From NCBI RefSeq assembly GCF_009914755.1, contig NC_060926.1: DNA of 64,000 bases; one strand, 5' to 3'. The stretch comes from the human T2T-CHM13v2.0 reference genome, Homo sapiens. Below are positions 1 through 12,938 of this stretch, in pieces. The first letter of the stretch is position 1. Every line of letters starts with the position of its first letter. The translations under genes were made by a program, and so were the position numbers. The notes beneath the pieces were generated by a model. That model was not told the origin of the DNA, searched no databases, and saw only the letters and a program-made list of their open reading frames with translations.

Positions 1-124
1 CTGCCCTCACTAAACTTAATAATAAATTCTGGTATATCCAGTGCATTGGCAGCACCACGGGACCAGAAGGTGGTGACCCCCCTGGACCCAGCTTTCACAA
101 AAAAAAAAAAAAAAAAAAAAAAAA
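1..124 (+). mobile_element. HERV-K (betaretrovirus-like, MER11D/HML-7-type) LTR U3/R end followed by poly(A)
   Basis: CCCTCACTAAACTTAATAATAAA...GGGACCAGAAGGTGGTGACCCCCCTGGACCCAGCTTTCAC matches recalled MER11D in viral sense; U5 absent, A26 at 99-124. Confidence 0.7.
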
Positions 125-196
125 CACAGGTGCTTGTTACAAATGCAGATTCCTGGGCCCCACCTAGGACCAACTGAGAAAAGATTTGAGAATCTG
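125..196 (+). mobile_element. MER5A hAT-Charlie MITE, left part
   Basis: GCTTGTTACAAATGCAGATTCCTGGGCCCCACC; resumes at 3359. Confidence 0.75.
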
Positions 197-346
197 TTTA
201 TTTTTTACTTCAACATTTACTTATTTCTTAATTGACAATTAAAAATGGTATATTTTGATTGTGGGGTGGCTAAATCAAGCAAATTAACATATGCATTATC
301 TTATTTTTGTCATAGCACACTTAAAATCTACTATCTTAGCAATTTT

Positions 347-645
347 TTTTTTTTTTGAGATGGAGTCTTGTTCTGTCGCCCAGGCTGGAGTGAAGTGGTG
401 TGATCTCAGCTCACTGCAACCTCCACCCCCGCTGGGGTTCAAGTCAAGTGATTCTCCTGCCTCAGCCTCCCAAGTAGCTAGGATTACAGGTACCCACCAT
501 CATGCCTGGAGAATTTTTATACTTTTAGTAGAGACGGGGTTTTGCCATGTTGGCCAGGCTAGTATCGAACTTCTGAACTCAGGTGATCCACCCGCCTCGG
601 CTGCCCAAAGTGCTGAGATTACAGGCATGAGCCACCGCTCCCGGC
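347..645 (-). mobile_element. AluS
   Basis: Full dimer antisense, TSD AGCAATTTT (338-346, 646-654). Confidence 0.95.
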
Positions 646-1295
646 AGCAATTTTCAAAAATACATTATATTGTTTAGATATAGTCACTATATTGTAAAAT
701 AGATCACTTGAACTTCTTCCTCCTTTCTAACTGAAAATTTTGTGTGCTTTGACCAATATGACCTCAACCTCCCTGACTTCAGGTCCTGGTAACCACCATT
801 CTATTCTCTACTTCTATGAGTTTAACTTTGTTAGCTTCCACATATAAGCGAGATCCTGTGGTATTTGTCTATCTGTGCCTGGTTTATTTCACTTAACATA
901 ATGCCCTCCAAGGTTATCCATGTTGTCACAAATGGTAAGATTTCTTTCTTTCTATGGCTGAATAATACTCCACTGTGTATATACCACATTTTCTTTATTC
1001 ATTCATGCATTGATGGACACTTAGGCTGTTGGCATATCTTAGCTATTATGAATAATGCAATGAACATGAGAGTACAGACATTGCTTAGATATACCGATTT
1101 CATTTGCTTTATATAAGGGGTCTTCAAAAAGTTCATGGAAAATGTGTGTCATGAAAAACTATGCATGGACTTCAAATTTTTTTGCACCAAAATAAACTCA
1201 AGCTAACTTGTTATAACATGTCTGAACAAGATCTATTCTGAGGCACTACAAAGGATAAAACATCAGTTTGAAAAGAGCCCCTAACACAAAATAAC

Positions 1296-2664
1296 ATGAA
1301 TTCTGCTAAAATAGAAGCAAGAACAAACATCAAAGTTATGGTGAAGCTTGGGTGGAAGCATAGTGAAGTCATTGATGTTTTACAAAAAGTTTATGAGAAC
1401 AATGCCCCAAAGAGATCAGCAGTTTATAAATGGAAAACTTATCTTAGGAAGAGATGAGATGATATTGAAGATGAAGACCACAGCAGTAGACCCTTCACAT
1501 CAATTTGTGAGGAAATAATTTTGTTTGTGCCCTAATTGAAGAGGACCAATTATTAACAGCAGAAATAATAGCCAACACCATAGACATCTCAATTAGCTCA
1601 GCTTACACAATTCTGACTGAAAAATTAAAGTTGAGCAAATGTTCCTCTTGATGGATGCCAAAACTGTTGTGCCCAGACCAGCTGCAGACAAGAGCAGAGC
1701 TTTCAATGGAAATTTTAAACAAGTGGGATCAAGATCCTGAAGCATTTCTTCAAAGAACTGGAACATGGCTTTACCAGTACAATCCTGAAGACAAAGCATG
1801 ACCAAAGCAATGGTTACCAATATGGTTACCAAAAGGTGGGAGTGGTCGAATCAAAGCAAAAGTAGACTGGTCAAGAGCAAAGGTCATGGCAACATGTTTT
1901 GGGGTGCTCAAGACATTTTTCTTGTTGACTTTCTAAAGGGCAAAAAAATAATAATAATGTCTGCTTATTATGAGAGTGTTTTGAGAAAGTTAGCCAAAGC
2001 AATAGCAGAAAAAAACACCTAGGCAATCTTCCTCAGAGAGTCCTTCTCCACCATGACAATGCGTCTGCTCATTGCGCTCATCAAACAAGGGCAACTTTGT
2101 AAGCATTTCAATGGGAAGTCGCTAGGCATCCATTTTACAGTTGTGATTTGGCTACTTTTGAATTTTATTTCCTAATCATATAAAATCTTTAAGGAGCCCC
2201 ATTTTTCTTCAGTTAATAATACACAAAATACTACATTGACATGGTTATTAAATTTCCAGGATCCCCAATTCTTTTTTTTTTTTTTTTTGAGTCAGAGTTT
2301 TGTTCTTGTTACCCAGGCTAGAGTATAGTAGTATGATCTTGGCTCACTGCAACCTCCGCCTCCCAGGTTCAAGTGATTCTTCTGCCTCAGCCTCCTGAGT
2401 AGCTGGGATTACAGGTGCCTGCCACCATACCCAGCTAATTTTTTTCTGTGTATTTTTAGTAGAGACAGGGTTTCAGCATGTTGGCCAAGCTGGTCTCGAA
2501 CTCCTGAACTCAGGTATATGCCCACCTCAGCCTCCCAAATTGCTGGGATTACAGGCGTGAGCCACCGTGCCTGGCCAGGATGTTCAATTCTTAATGGACT
2601 AAATAGCTTGTGTCATTGCTTACAACAGTGCCTTGACTTTGATGGAGCTTATGCAGAGAAATAA
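1296..2664 (+). pseudogene. Hsmar2 transposase pseudogene
   Basis: ATG 1296 gives MNSAKIEARTNIKVMVKLGW; ends ...DGAYAEK* at 2664; internal stops, frameshifts and an Alu insertion. Confidence 0.88.
2272..2576 (-). mobile_element. AluSq/Sp-like inside HSMAR2
   Basis: Full dimer, TCTTGTTACCCAGG end, degenerate TSD CAGGATnnnCAATTCTT. Confidence 0.93.
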
Positions 2665-2667
2665 AAT

Positions 2668-2810
2668 TTACATATATATATTTACCTTAAATATATATAA
2701 ATACATATATGTATATATGTGTATATATATGTATATGTGCATATATATGTATATGTGTATATAAATACACACATATTTATATATATAAATATATATATAT
2801 ATATTTATAT
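2668..2810. repeat. (TA)n/(TATG)n microsatellite
   Basis: Direct inspection. Confidence 0.9.
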
Positions 2811-3358
2811 TTAACTACTTCCATTTTTCCACAAAACTTTTGAAGTCCCCTCAGTACTGGGGCATCAGATACCCAGTAGTGGAATTTCTGGATCATATGG
2901 TAATTCTATTTTTAATTTTTTGAAGAAACTCTATTTTGTTTTCCATAATAGATGTACTAGTTTACATTGCTACCAACAGTGTGCAAGAGACCTCTTTTTC
3001 TCCACATCCTCTACAACATATCTTTCATCTTTTTTGTAATAGTCATCCTAACAGGCCTGAGGTGATATCTCATTATGGTTTTAATTTGCATTTCTCTAAT
3101 GATTTGTGATTTTGAGTATTATTCCATATAGCTGTTAGCCATTTGCATGTGTTTTGTTGAGAAATATCTATTCATATCCTTTGCTCATTTTTAATTGGGT
3201 TATTTGTTGTCTTACTCAAGTTGTTTAAGCTTCTTATATATTTTGGATATTGACCCAGTATCAGATGTATGGTTTGCAGATATTCTGTCCCATTTTATGG
3301 TTGTCTCTTCACTCTGTAGATTGTTTCCTCGGCTGTGCAGAAACTTTTTAGTTTAATG

Positions 3359-3425
3359 TGAGAATCTGCATCTTTAACAAGATTCCTAGGCGATCCTTCT
3401 GCAAAGCAACATTTAAGAACCACTA
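3359..3425 (+). mobile_element. MER5A right part
   Basis: GAATCTGCATCTTTAACAAG...TTTAAGAACCACT. Confidence 0.75.
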
Positions 3426-3433
3426 ATCTAGAC

Positions 3434-3997
<564 letters not shown>

Positions 3998-4371
3998 CCC
4001 TGGAGCATTACCTGGGTCCCTGTGACTGAAAATGATCTGTCCAGAGAATGTTCAGCCAGGCCTGCTGATGTTAATTAAATATTTTTACACACACATAAAA
4101 TTATATTAGATTATTCTTTGAGAGTGATTCCCCAGGGTGTTTGATCTTGGAGCTAAAGTGAACATCGTCAGATTCATAGAAAGAAGCATTTTCAAGATAC
4201 TTGTCTGTTCCTGTGAATGTGGGTTCACTTTGTCCACAATAAAATTTAGAGGCTTTGTTAGTTATTACCTCACATGGAAATCATAAAATAAATGATAACT
4301 TCAAGCAGTCATACTGTCTTTGTATGAATTTGAAGTGATTGTTAAGCAGCTAACTCTCCTTTCTGTTTCAG

Positions 4372-4617
4372 ATGGTAGGGAAATTTAGGCTAGAATTCCG
4401 GTGCAAATGTGGCTCTAATGCAGAAAAGATGTGGAGATTCTCATTCTAACCACTCCTTAAGCTATGGGTGGATATCAGCATGTGTAAATTATTTCTGTGT
4501 TTATAGCACAATAGGATAATATGACAACTTTAACCTGGTTGATAAAGAGAGCCTAACATGTATGAAAGGCATCTGTATATTTCCAAGTATAAAACTGGGA
4601 AACTGGGATATGAAGTG
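4372..4617 (+). other. Candidate non-coding exon
   Basis: Branch CTAAC 4350-4354, pyrimidine tract, CAG 4369-4371; donor GTG/GTAAGT; stops in all frames. Confidence 0.3.
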
Positions 4618-4776
4618 GTAAGTGTGAAAATAACAGTCCATGTGACAAAGATTAAAATACATACCTTCAAGTCATTCTCATAGTTAAAAAAATAACCTTT
4701 GGGTAAGCAAAGGGTTATTATCCATGGTTTTAGTTCTATCCCAGTGGCTTTCAAGGTTAAAAAAAAAAAAAAAAGA

Positions 4777-5180
<404 letters not shown>

Positions 5181-5235
5181 CTAAAAAGTTTTTCAAATAA
5201 TGTTTCATATTGAACTTACCAGAAATAGTATTGTG

Positions 5236-5531
5236 TTGAAAAAAAATCAAAGAAGAACTAAATAAATGTAGACATATTTCATGTTCATCGACAGGAAACT
5301 TCAATATTGTCAAGACATTAGTTCTTCCAAACTTGCTATAGATTCAATGCAATTTCAATCAAAATCCCAGCAAGTTATTTTCCAGATATTGGTAATTTGA
5401 TTCTAAAGTTTATCTGGAGAGGGGGAAAAAAACATGATTTCCAAAATACAGAGGAAGAAGAAATGTGGAAGATTGACATTACCTGGCTTCAATACTAACT
5501 ATAATGCTATGATAATCAAGACAGTGTAGTG
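5236..5531 (+). mobile_element. Old L1M ORF2 fragment
   Basis: TATAGATTCAATGCAATTTCAATCAAAATCCCAGC. Confidence 0.8.
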
Positions 5532-5904
5532 GAATAGTATCGTGAAAGTTTCCGAACTCTTCCATTTCTAGCATTCTTAAATCCACTGTTCTTTCCTCCC
5601 TCTGAGATTTCTAAATCAGACCTTGGAAAAACAATTTGTGGAGACAGAAAAGAGGTGAGAAACTCAACTTAAACCAGATGGATGCAGAAGGCTGTTTTTC
5701 AACCTTTAAGGAAGCGTGTGTAGAAATGCAAATCAATGCACTGCTTCCTTTATTGAGAAATCCTTACTATGAAAAAGAAATGTCTGATAAACTAAGTAGT
5801 GTGCTTAGGGATGTGATTTGTTTATAAGTTCTTTACCTTTTAAACAACAGCCTTCACTTCTCCAATCACACTCTGAGTAGCACCCTATAGATACTATAAT
5901 GCTA

Positions 5905-6180
5905 TGAATAAGAACATGCCCTCTGGCATGGGATTACATGGGATTACATGGGATTACATGGGATTACATGCACTTTACCCAGGGTTTGCCACAAACTAGC
6001 TGTGTGACTTTGGGCAGGTCATTTAAGCTCTCTGAACCCATTGCATAATTTACATAAAGGAGGTTATAGTATTTTGTACCTTTTAGCGATATTGTGAGGA
6101 TAAATGAAATTATATTTAACACACACACACACACAACTAGTGCATAGAAAGGCATAAAAATGCTAAATAAATGTTAACAA
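5905..6180 (+). mobile_element. MIR
   Basis: CTAGCTGTGTGACTTTGGGCAGGTCATTTAA core; TTGTGAGGATAAATGA. Confidence 0.75.
5927..5970. repeat. Perfect 10-bp tandem repeat CATG(GGATTACATG)4
   Basis: Direct inspection. Confidence 0.97.
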
Positions 6181-6546
6181 TTTTTATTATAACATAATCT
6201 ACTGAGGGTTACATTGTTAGATTCACAAGTAACTAGATTCACAACTCTCTGTCTTTGAAGCCTGTGCTCTTCACCATTGAGCACACTGCCTCTTGAAAAG
6301 CACCTGCTGCTTCTCTAAGACACTAGGGCTAAGTTTTGGTCACCCAGAGAAGATTTGAATCTGGGCACTACAGGCTGTATCTAGCCAGCCATTGCAGAGT
6401 GCAAGAATATCTGCATTCTTCTGAACGTCCTTTGCAAAAAGAACTAAGATCACGAGCCCTTAAACAGGTCTCCACAGTCTGGAGGATGAAACTCTGGGAC
6501 TCTGTATACCAGCATCTGCTCCAGGAAGGCCCACAACACAAATTTT

Positions 6547-6846
6547 TTTATGTTTTTATTTTTATTTTTTTGAGACAGGGTCTCACTCTGTCACCCAGGC
6601 TGGAGTGCAGTGATGCTCACTGCAGCCTCAAATTCCTGGGCTAAAGGGATCCTCCTCCCTCAGCCCCCTGAGGAGCTAGGACTACAGGTGTGTGCCACCA
6701 CACCAACTTATTTTTTAATTTTAGTTTTGTAGATGCAGGGTTTCACTGTTTCCCAGGCTGCTCTCAAACTCCTGGGCTCAAGTGATCCTTCCCACTTCAG
6801 CCTCCCAAGGCACTGAGATTACAGCAATAAGCCACTGTGCCTGACC
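6547..6846 (-). mobile_element. AluJ
   Basis: CTCCTGGGCTCAAGTGATCC; TSD CACAAAATTT. Confidence 0.92.
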
Positions 6847-9580
6847 ACAAAATTTCAAAATAGTCAAACATTAACAATGAGTTCTTTCATATAGTCTCTC
6901 CAGATAGAATCATATGCATTTTCTTAAAAGAAAAAAATAGGACTCTGTCTATAGCTTTTAAAGTGCAGAAAATGGTATGGTTGCTAAAAGAAAAGGTAGC
7001 AAGCTCCAATTTTGTTAAAGACCGAAGACCATCTTTGGGGCATCATAAGATAGAACAAGGGCAGATCAACCCTCTGCCTTTATTCTTGTCAGGCACCTTT
7101 TGGGTGGCATGCGTTGGGGAGGAGGAACACTGATTCCTTCAATCACAGTTGGGCAGGGTAGCTTTGCAGTGCATCTTGGAAGGATTTCCCCCATTGATTT
7201 GTCAATGAGCAGATGAAGCTGGCTGTCCTCGACTTGCCTAAATTTGGTCTAACAATTACTTGTAAAAGTTAACTTCCTATTCCAAGTGAAAAAGCCAAGT
7301 AAGAAAAGAAGACATAAAGCTCCATCCTGGCCAAATCCCCACTGATGTCACAAGACTTGGCTAAAACGTGACCATGGCTTGGGGCACGGGGTATGATTAT
7401 GGTGAGCCAGCTGGAAAAGCAGACTCTCTTTATTTCATTGCATACTGGCAGAGCAAAAGAAGAGGGGCTGATAAAATATTTTCCTCATAGAAAATTTCTT
7501 TGTGTGCTCCTGTTATTTAAATTTCCATATACTGAGTTCTGGAGGTGACATTGCTAATGTATGTTCTCTTTTGAAAAAGAATGCCACATCTAAATTTTAT
7601 ACTTCCATAATATTTCACTTACTTCAACTTTTCCCAAATCTTTGTTTCATGCCACAGGCCTTAATCTTATTTCAACCAAAATAGAAGCAAATAACTTGAA
7701 AAACAAACTCTTAATATTTTTGCATCTCTATGTCATTTTCCAAAAGGTCAGTATTTCACATGTGTCAGTCTTTCACTGCAGACACCAGTAATGTATCTAC
7801 TACATTCTACATTCCATTTTCTAGAATTAGCTGCAATTTACATGAGGTCTGTCTTGTTGAAATGCAGGCTGGCTGTGTTCCTTCCTTTGATTCAAATAAC
7901 AGCAATTTGCTTCCTTTAATAAGAATGTATTCTCTCTTCAATATTTTCCTTCACTCTTCTGGAGAAATACTGGTTAAATGAACGTTTAAAAGTGAGTGGA
8001 GGCTTCTCTGCCCAGACTGAAGTGTTAGCAAACAGGCTCTGCTTTCTCTTTCGAGTCCTCCCCTGTGGTTTCAAGTCCTACGTTCTCCAAAGGAAGCGGT
8101 GGAGCTAACAGAGAGCCATTGCAGCAAGACCATGATAATGACGTGAGAACATGAGAGAGGGACAAGCATACCAAGGTGTTCAGACGGAGCCTTGGTGATG
8201 ATTTTTTAATGGACATTCTGCCAAGTTCCAGCAAACAACTGTGGGCTTTCTTTGGTTGTCACCTCAACTACATAATCACAGTTCTATGTAATCAGGTATC
8301 CTGTAATCACCTGTCTTGTTGTGCCAAAAATAAAAGGGTTTGCATTACCTTTGATTCACTGGGAAACTAAAAGCAGCAGATCCCAGGGACAGAATCTGTA
8401 AAATATACCTTCCTCATATGAAATTAAAATTGTTGGGAAGATATGTTTTCAAACAGCTCAACAAAAAAATCTGAGGCATCAAGAAGGATTAAATAAATGT
8501 TGAGGTAAGAGAGATCTGAAACTCCTGGCGGGGCTGTCTTAACCCTCAGGCCTCAATTTCCCTATCAATAAAAGTAAGAGGAATGATGATATTGCTTCCC
8601 AATAGTCCTTTTCAAAGGCATTTTTTATTATGCATGTTTCCTGAGGAATACTTTTTGAAAATATTTTTCAACAAAAGAATTGCTTATAAAATAATAATTC
8701 ACAGGTTTTCTCATTTTTTTTATTCAAAGACTTATATAACTGCTAATCAGAGCTTCCAATCAGCAAAAGATGGACAAGGTTGGCACACAAAGCTGACAAA
8801 ATACTTACCAAAGGCAAATAAGCTTAATATGGTTAGCTTGCATGATCTTATCATAGGAAAATATATGGTTTCTACTAAATTCTTAGAAAAACTGAAAGTA
8901 GCTTATGGACTCCTTTTGCTATCTGGCAGAACCTGAAGTTAGAAGACTTTGGGATAGTAATTATCATGTTTCTCCTTCACTGGTGATTTCTGCAGTTCTA
9001 TTATTCTTCTATTCTTACCGAATTGGATAAGAGAAATAGAGACTTAAAGAAAACTTCACAATAGAAAATGAATCTAAAGAAATATATTAAACCATGCCCT
9101 TCTTCTAATGGCCAGAATAATAATCTTTATTATCAATTGGCCACCAATCATTTGTTTTTGTAGATATTTTAATGTTATAAAATAGCAATTTTCCTCAGAG
9201 TTTTAATAAGCATTGTTGTACCCACTTCTTTTATCAACCAAACGACAGCTTCAAAAGAAACTTTAGCTTCCGGAGTTTCACCGTTGACTGGTCCTTGACA
9301 TCATAACCAGTCATCAAAAACGATATGTCAAGAGGATATTCATGAGACAAACAGCTGAGTTCCCTTCAACCTGAGCTTTAAGATATAACTCTTACCTGCT
9401 GGGGGCTTATCAGTCGAGACGAGTAGGATGTACTTCGTTGATCAAAAACCTCCCACACTGTTGACCCACCCTTTCTCATCTTCAGTCACTCCAATAATTA
9501 AAGATGAAATCCAAACTTGCTTTGTCAATCAAGGCTCTAAAGTCTAGCTTCAATCTATGTCTTTAATCATATCCCCTTCT

Positions 9581-9700
9581 CAGTTCAGTTCAACTGAACA
9601 AATATTCACAAGTCCCTTCTGTGTGCCAGATACTTGAATGAGTAAGATACGAAGATAAATAAAACACTAATACTATCCCTGCCCAAAAGAAGCTCATGGC
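9581..9700 (-). mobile_element. L2 3' fragment
   Basis: AACAAATATT...CTGTGTGCCAGATAC. Confidence 0.55.
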
Positions 9701-9749
9701 CTCTTGTGTAAGGAGGAAGGCATTGACATGGATTTAACAGAAAATACAC

Positions 9750-9850
9750 TAGTCCTGCCTTCTTGGGTTGTTGTGAGGATTAAATGAAATAACAGATAGA
9801 AAGGGCTCAACGTGGCATTAGGCACAGAGTGACATCTGGCTAAAATGGTG
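9750..9850 (+). mobile_element. MIR 3' fragment
   Basis: GGGTTGTTGTGAGGATTAAATGA. Confidence 0.7.
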
Positions 9851-10312
9851 TAATGGGATGTGACAGGTCTCTCATGTGTACCTTCCATTTCCCTGCTACT
9901 CCCCCACTCACACACCCTCTCCACCATGAGACCAGCAGCCCATTGCCCCATCTTCCAAACAGATCCAACCACACAGTACATTGACAAGTCATTTTGATTC
10001 TACTGAAAATTTCAGGAAGGTTTGAGGAAGAGGATTTAGAGACAAATGTAATAAAATTCTCCATTAGACATTTCTGTATTTCCTTGGAACTTTTCCCCTC
10101 CAAGTTCTGCCACTCATCTCTCTACTCTCCCCAGACAAATCCATTCCACTGGGCTGAGCTCCAGCCTTTCTCACTCAGGGAGAAAAAGCAGCCTAAGAGT
10201 TTAGGGCCTGTGTCCTCTTAGAAATCACTTGAATTTCTATGTATTATCCAAGCATGCCCCATTGCTGTTGTTCTAGAAGTGTGTGGAGTGTTTGGTAGAG
10301 GGGCTCTCTCCC

Positions 10313-10882
10313 TATGATGGTTAATACTAAGTGTCAACTGATTGGATTGGAGGATGCAAAGTATTGTTTCTGGGTGTGTCTGTGAGGGTGTTGCCAGAAA
10401 AGATTAACGTCTGAGTCAGTGGACTGGAAGAGGCAGACCCACACTCAGTCTGTGTGGGCACCATCCAGTTGGCTGCCAGCAAGGCTAGAAAAAGCAAGCA
10501 GAAGAAGGTGGAATGAGCTGACTTACTGAATCTTCTGGCCTTCATCTTTCTCCTACTCTTTTCATCCAGGAAGTATGCTTCCTGCCCCTGAACATCAGAA
10601 TCCGGTTCTTTGGCCTTTGAACTCTTGGATTTACACCAGCGGTTCGCCAGGGGCTCTTGGGCCTTTGCCCACAGACTGAAGGCTGCACTGTCGGCTTCCC
10701 TACTTTTTAGGTTTTGGGACTTGGACTGAGCCACTACTGCCTTCCTTGTTCCTCAGGTTGCAAATGGCCTATTGTGGAACTTCACTTTGTGATCATATAA
10801 GTCAATTCTCCTTAATAAACTCCCTTTCATATATACATATATCCTATTAGTTATGTCCCTCTAGAGAACCCTGATGAATACA
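10313..10882 (+). mobile_element. MLT2A2 (HERV-L) solo LTR
   Basis: TATGATGGTTAATACT...CTCTAGAGAACCCTGATGAATACA; 5-bp TSD CTCCC (10308-10312, 10883-10887). Confidence 0.92.
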
Positions 10883-12435
10883 CTCCCTTACAAATTTTTC
10901 ACACAACAAAAATCAGATCTGTGCTAGGCAACAGAGGCCAATATTGCCCTTCTAAGAAAATAAAATTTTTTTCCACACTTTTGGGATCAATAACAATAAG
11001 CACCTAATTTACTTGAACCTGAAAAATCTCACCAGACAATCTCTGTTATTAAATGTCACAGGGGCAGAGAAAGAGAGGGCCAATGGAAATTTTATTTTCC
11101 TGGATTTCAACACCTCAACTTTGCCTTTAATACTGCTTCCAAGATCAAGAGCCCAGTTTTTCCAGCTTGCCCAGAACTTCACTTTCTGTGCTATCCTTGT
11201 CCCTCAGATACTCCCTGGATACATCCCCAATCTCCATGGACGTCACTCCACTCCCCATGGTTTGCTGGTACAAACAAGTAGAACCATGTTGCTTAGAGCA
11301 GAAAAGGGCATAGTCTTCTTAAAGACATTCTTTTATTTCTCTTGTTCTATATGATCTCCCCTTCCATTGCATGGAATCATAAAGTTACACCAGTAATACA
11401 TGTAACTCTTGGCAACACCTTCCTCTGCAAGTACCCCCATCTCCATGGGTCCAACCATAAAGCTCTTGGTTCCCTTCACAACTTCCTCAGTAGGGAAAGG
11501 ATTAATCCATCATGAACACCACGCTGAATATTGTGGTTTTGTTTCATGGAATTACTCAATATAGCTGTATTTCTTCTTTTAGTATTGAATCATTGAAATA
11601 TTATGCAATAGCACAATAACTAGTAAGGTGTCATTTTACACTTGACTAGATTTTGTGATTGCTATATTCATAATAGGAAAGGTCACTTTGCTGTGACTTC
11701 ACATGCTTCTCACTCCCGGATGAACCTCCCTCCATTTGGACTCCAACTCCCTCGACAGGAAGACCTAAAGAGAGTTAATATATTCTGCCATAGAAACACA
11801 CATTCTCATTTGGAAGCCTCAGAAGGACAGAATGTGGTCACCACTGTCCCTGGGAGTCTTTGCAAACACAATTATCCTAAAGAGACAGCTTGCTTTTTTC
11901 TAAACCACATGGATTCATGTTCCAGCACCTAGAACCTCGCAGGAGCTGTGCCATCTCATCTCCTGGAAAGTTCTGCTAAAACCCAAACAGTGAAGAGCAG
12001 TTTCCCACATGTCTGGCAGCTCAAAGATCCATGTCTGCTCCACACAGCTGTTTACTTGGCACCCAGGCAGAGTTGGTTCCTCTTTTTCTCATTCTATCAA
12101 GATGTTCCTTGTTTCTGCTAATGACTATTAATAATAATATTTACACAAACAAGCTCTTCATTGTGCCAAAAGATCTCAAAATGCTTCAGAACTAGTCTGC
12201 CACAAATTCAGGGCCAGATTCGTGGAGTGGAGCATCCAGAGTGGTCTCTGAGACCAGCTAACTGATTGTTGAGAGAGCACAGCAGAAGGAACACTTCCTG
12301 TCCATAGGACAGTGCGCATGGACCAGCTGCCGTCTGGAAAGGAGCACTGACTGGGACACTCTAGGGGATGGGCACTAACTAAACTGTGCACAAACTAACA
12401 TGGTATGCTCACATATAACTCTGCCATAATAAAGA

Positions 12436-12938
12436 CGCTCATGTTTCCATTTGTTGCCTTTGGGTTGCCAATTTTCTTCTCTACCTTTTTTGGAAAATTA
12501 CATTCTGATTTTCTTTTGTGGAATGGGCTCCACCTCATTGAATACAGTTGGATGGAACAGTTACCCAAGGTGCCTTGTGCTCTCTAGACAAGGAGCAGGC
12601 AGGTGACCCAATATAGGTCAGAAGCCCAACCCTTTCCTAGAAGTAGAATCGGATGAGAGTGATGGAGACAAGAAAGCTTGTTGAAGCTGATGAATTCCAG
12701 CAGCAAAGCCTGACAGTACTCATATAGTTCTACTACCGAGACTCTTCAGAGTCACTTGTTTTCTCTTCTTTCTTCGTCTGGTTCTTTAGTCATCGATATT
12801 GCTTTGTTCCATGTTGCTTTATTTTTTTTTATTTGTTTAATATTGTGACCTTCCCACAGCTTTCCTATAATTTGTTTGTGCTTAGCTTAACCAGAGTACA
12901 CTTCAGTTACTTGCATCAGGGTGCTCTAACTGATGTAC
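12436..12938 (+). mobile_element. Ancient ERVL LTR (LTR33-like)
   Basis: GGCAGGTGACCCAA; 3' end CCAGAGT...GTTACTTGCA...CTAACTGAT. Confidence 0.5.

Larger units (their letters stand above)
1114..2854 (+). mobile_element. HSMAR2 mariner transposon, near full length
   Basis: Left TIR AGGGGTCTTCAAAAAGTTCATGGAAAAT, right TIR ATTTTTCCACAAAACTTTTGAAGTCCCCTC, TA flanks; about 1.3 kb after removing Alu and (TA)n. Confidence 0.93.
197..3358 (-). mobile_element. L1MA (L1MA6-8-like) 5'-truncated LINE, interrupted by Alu and HSMAR2
   Basis: T-rich tail at 197, antisense L1MA 3'UTR and ORF2 end; TSD TGAGAATCTG at 187-196 and 3359-3368. Confidence 0.85.

Noticed and set aside
1114-2854. Assigning the window to CMT1A-REP because of HSMAR2
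   Set aside because: HSMAR2 has many copies and no locus-specific exon was recognised
5927-5970. CRISPR-like array
   Set aside because: Contiguous 10-bp units without spacers, eukaryotic context, no cas genes
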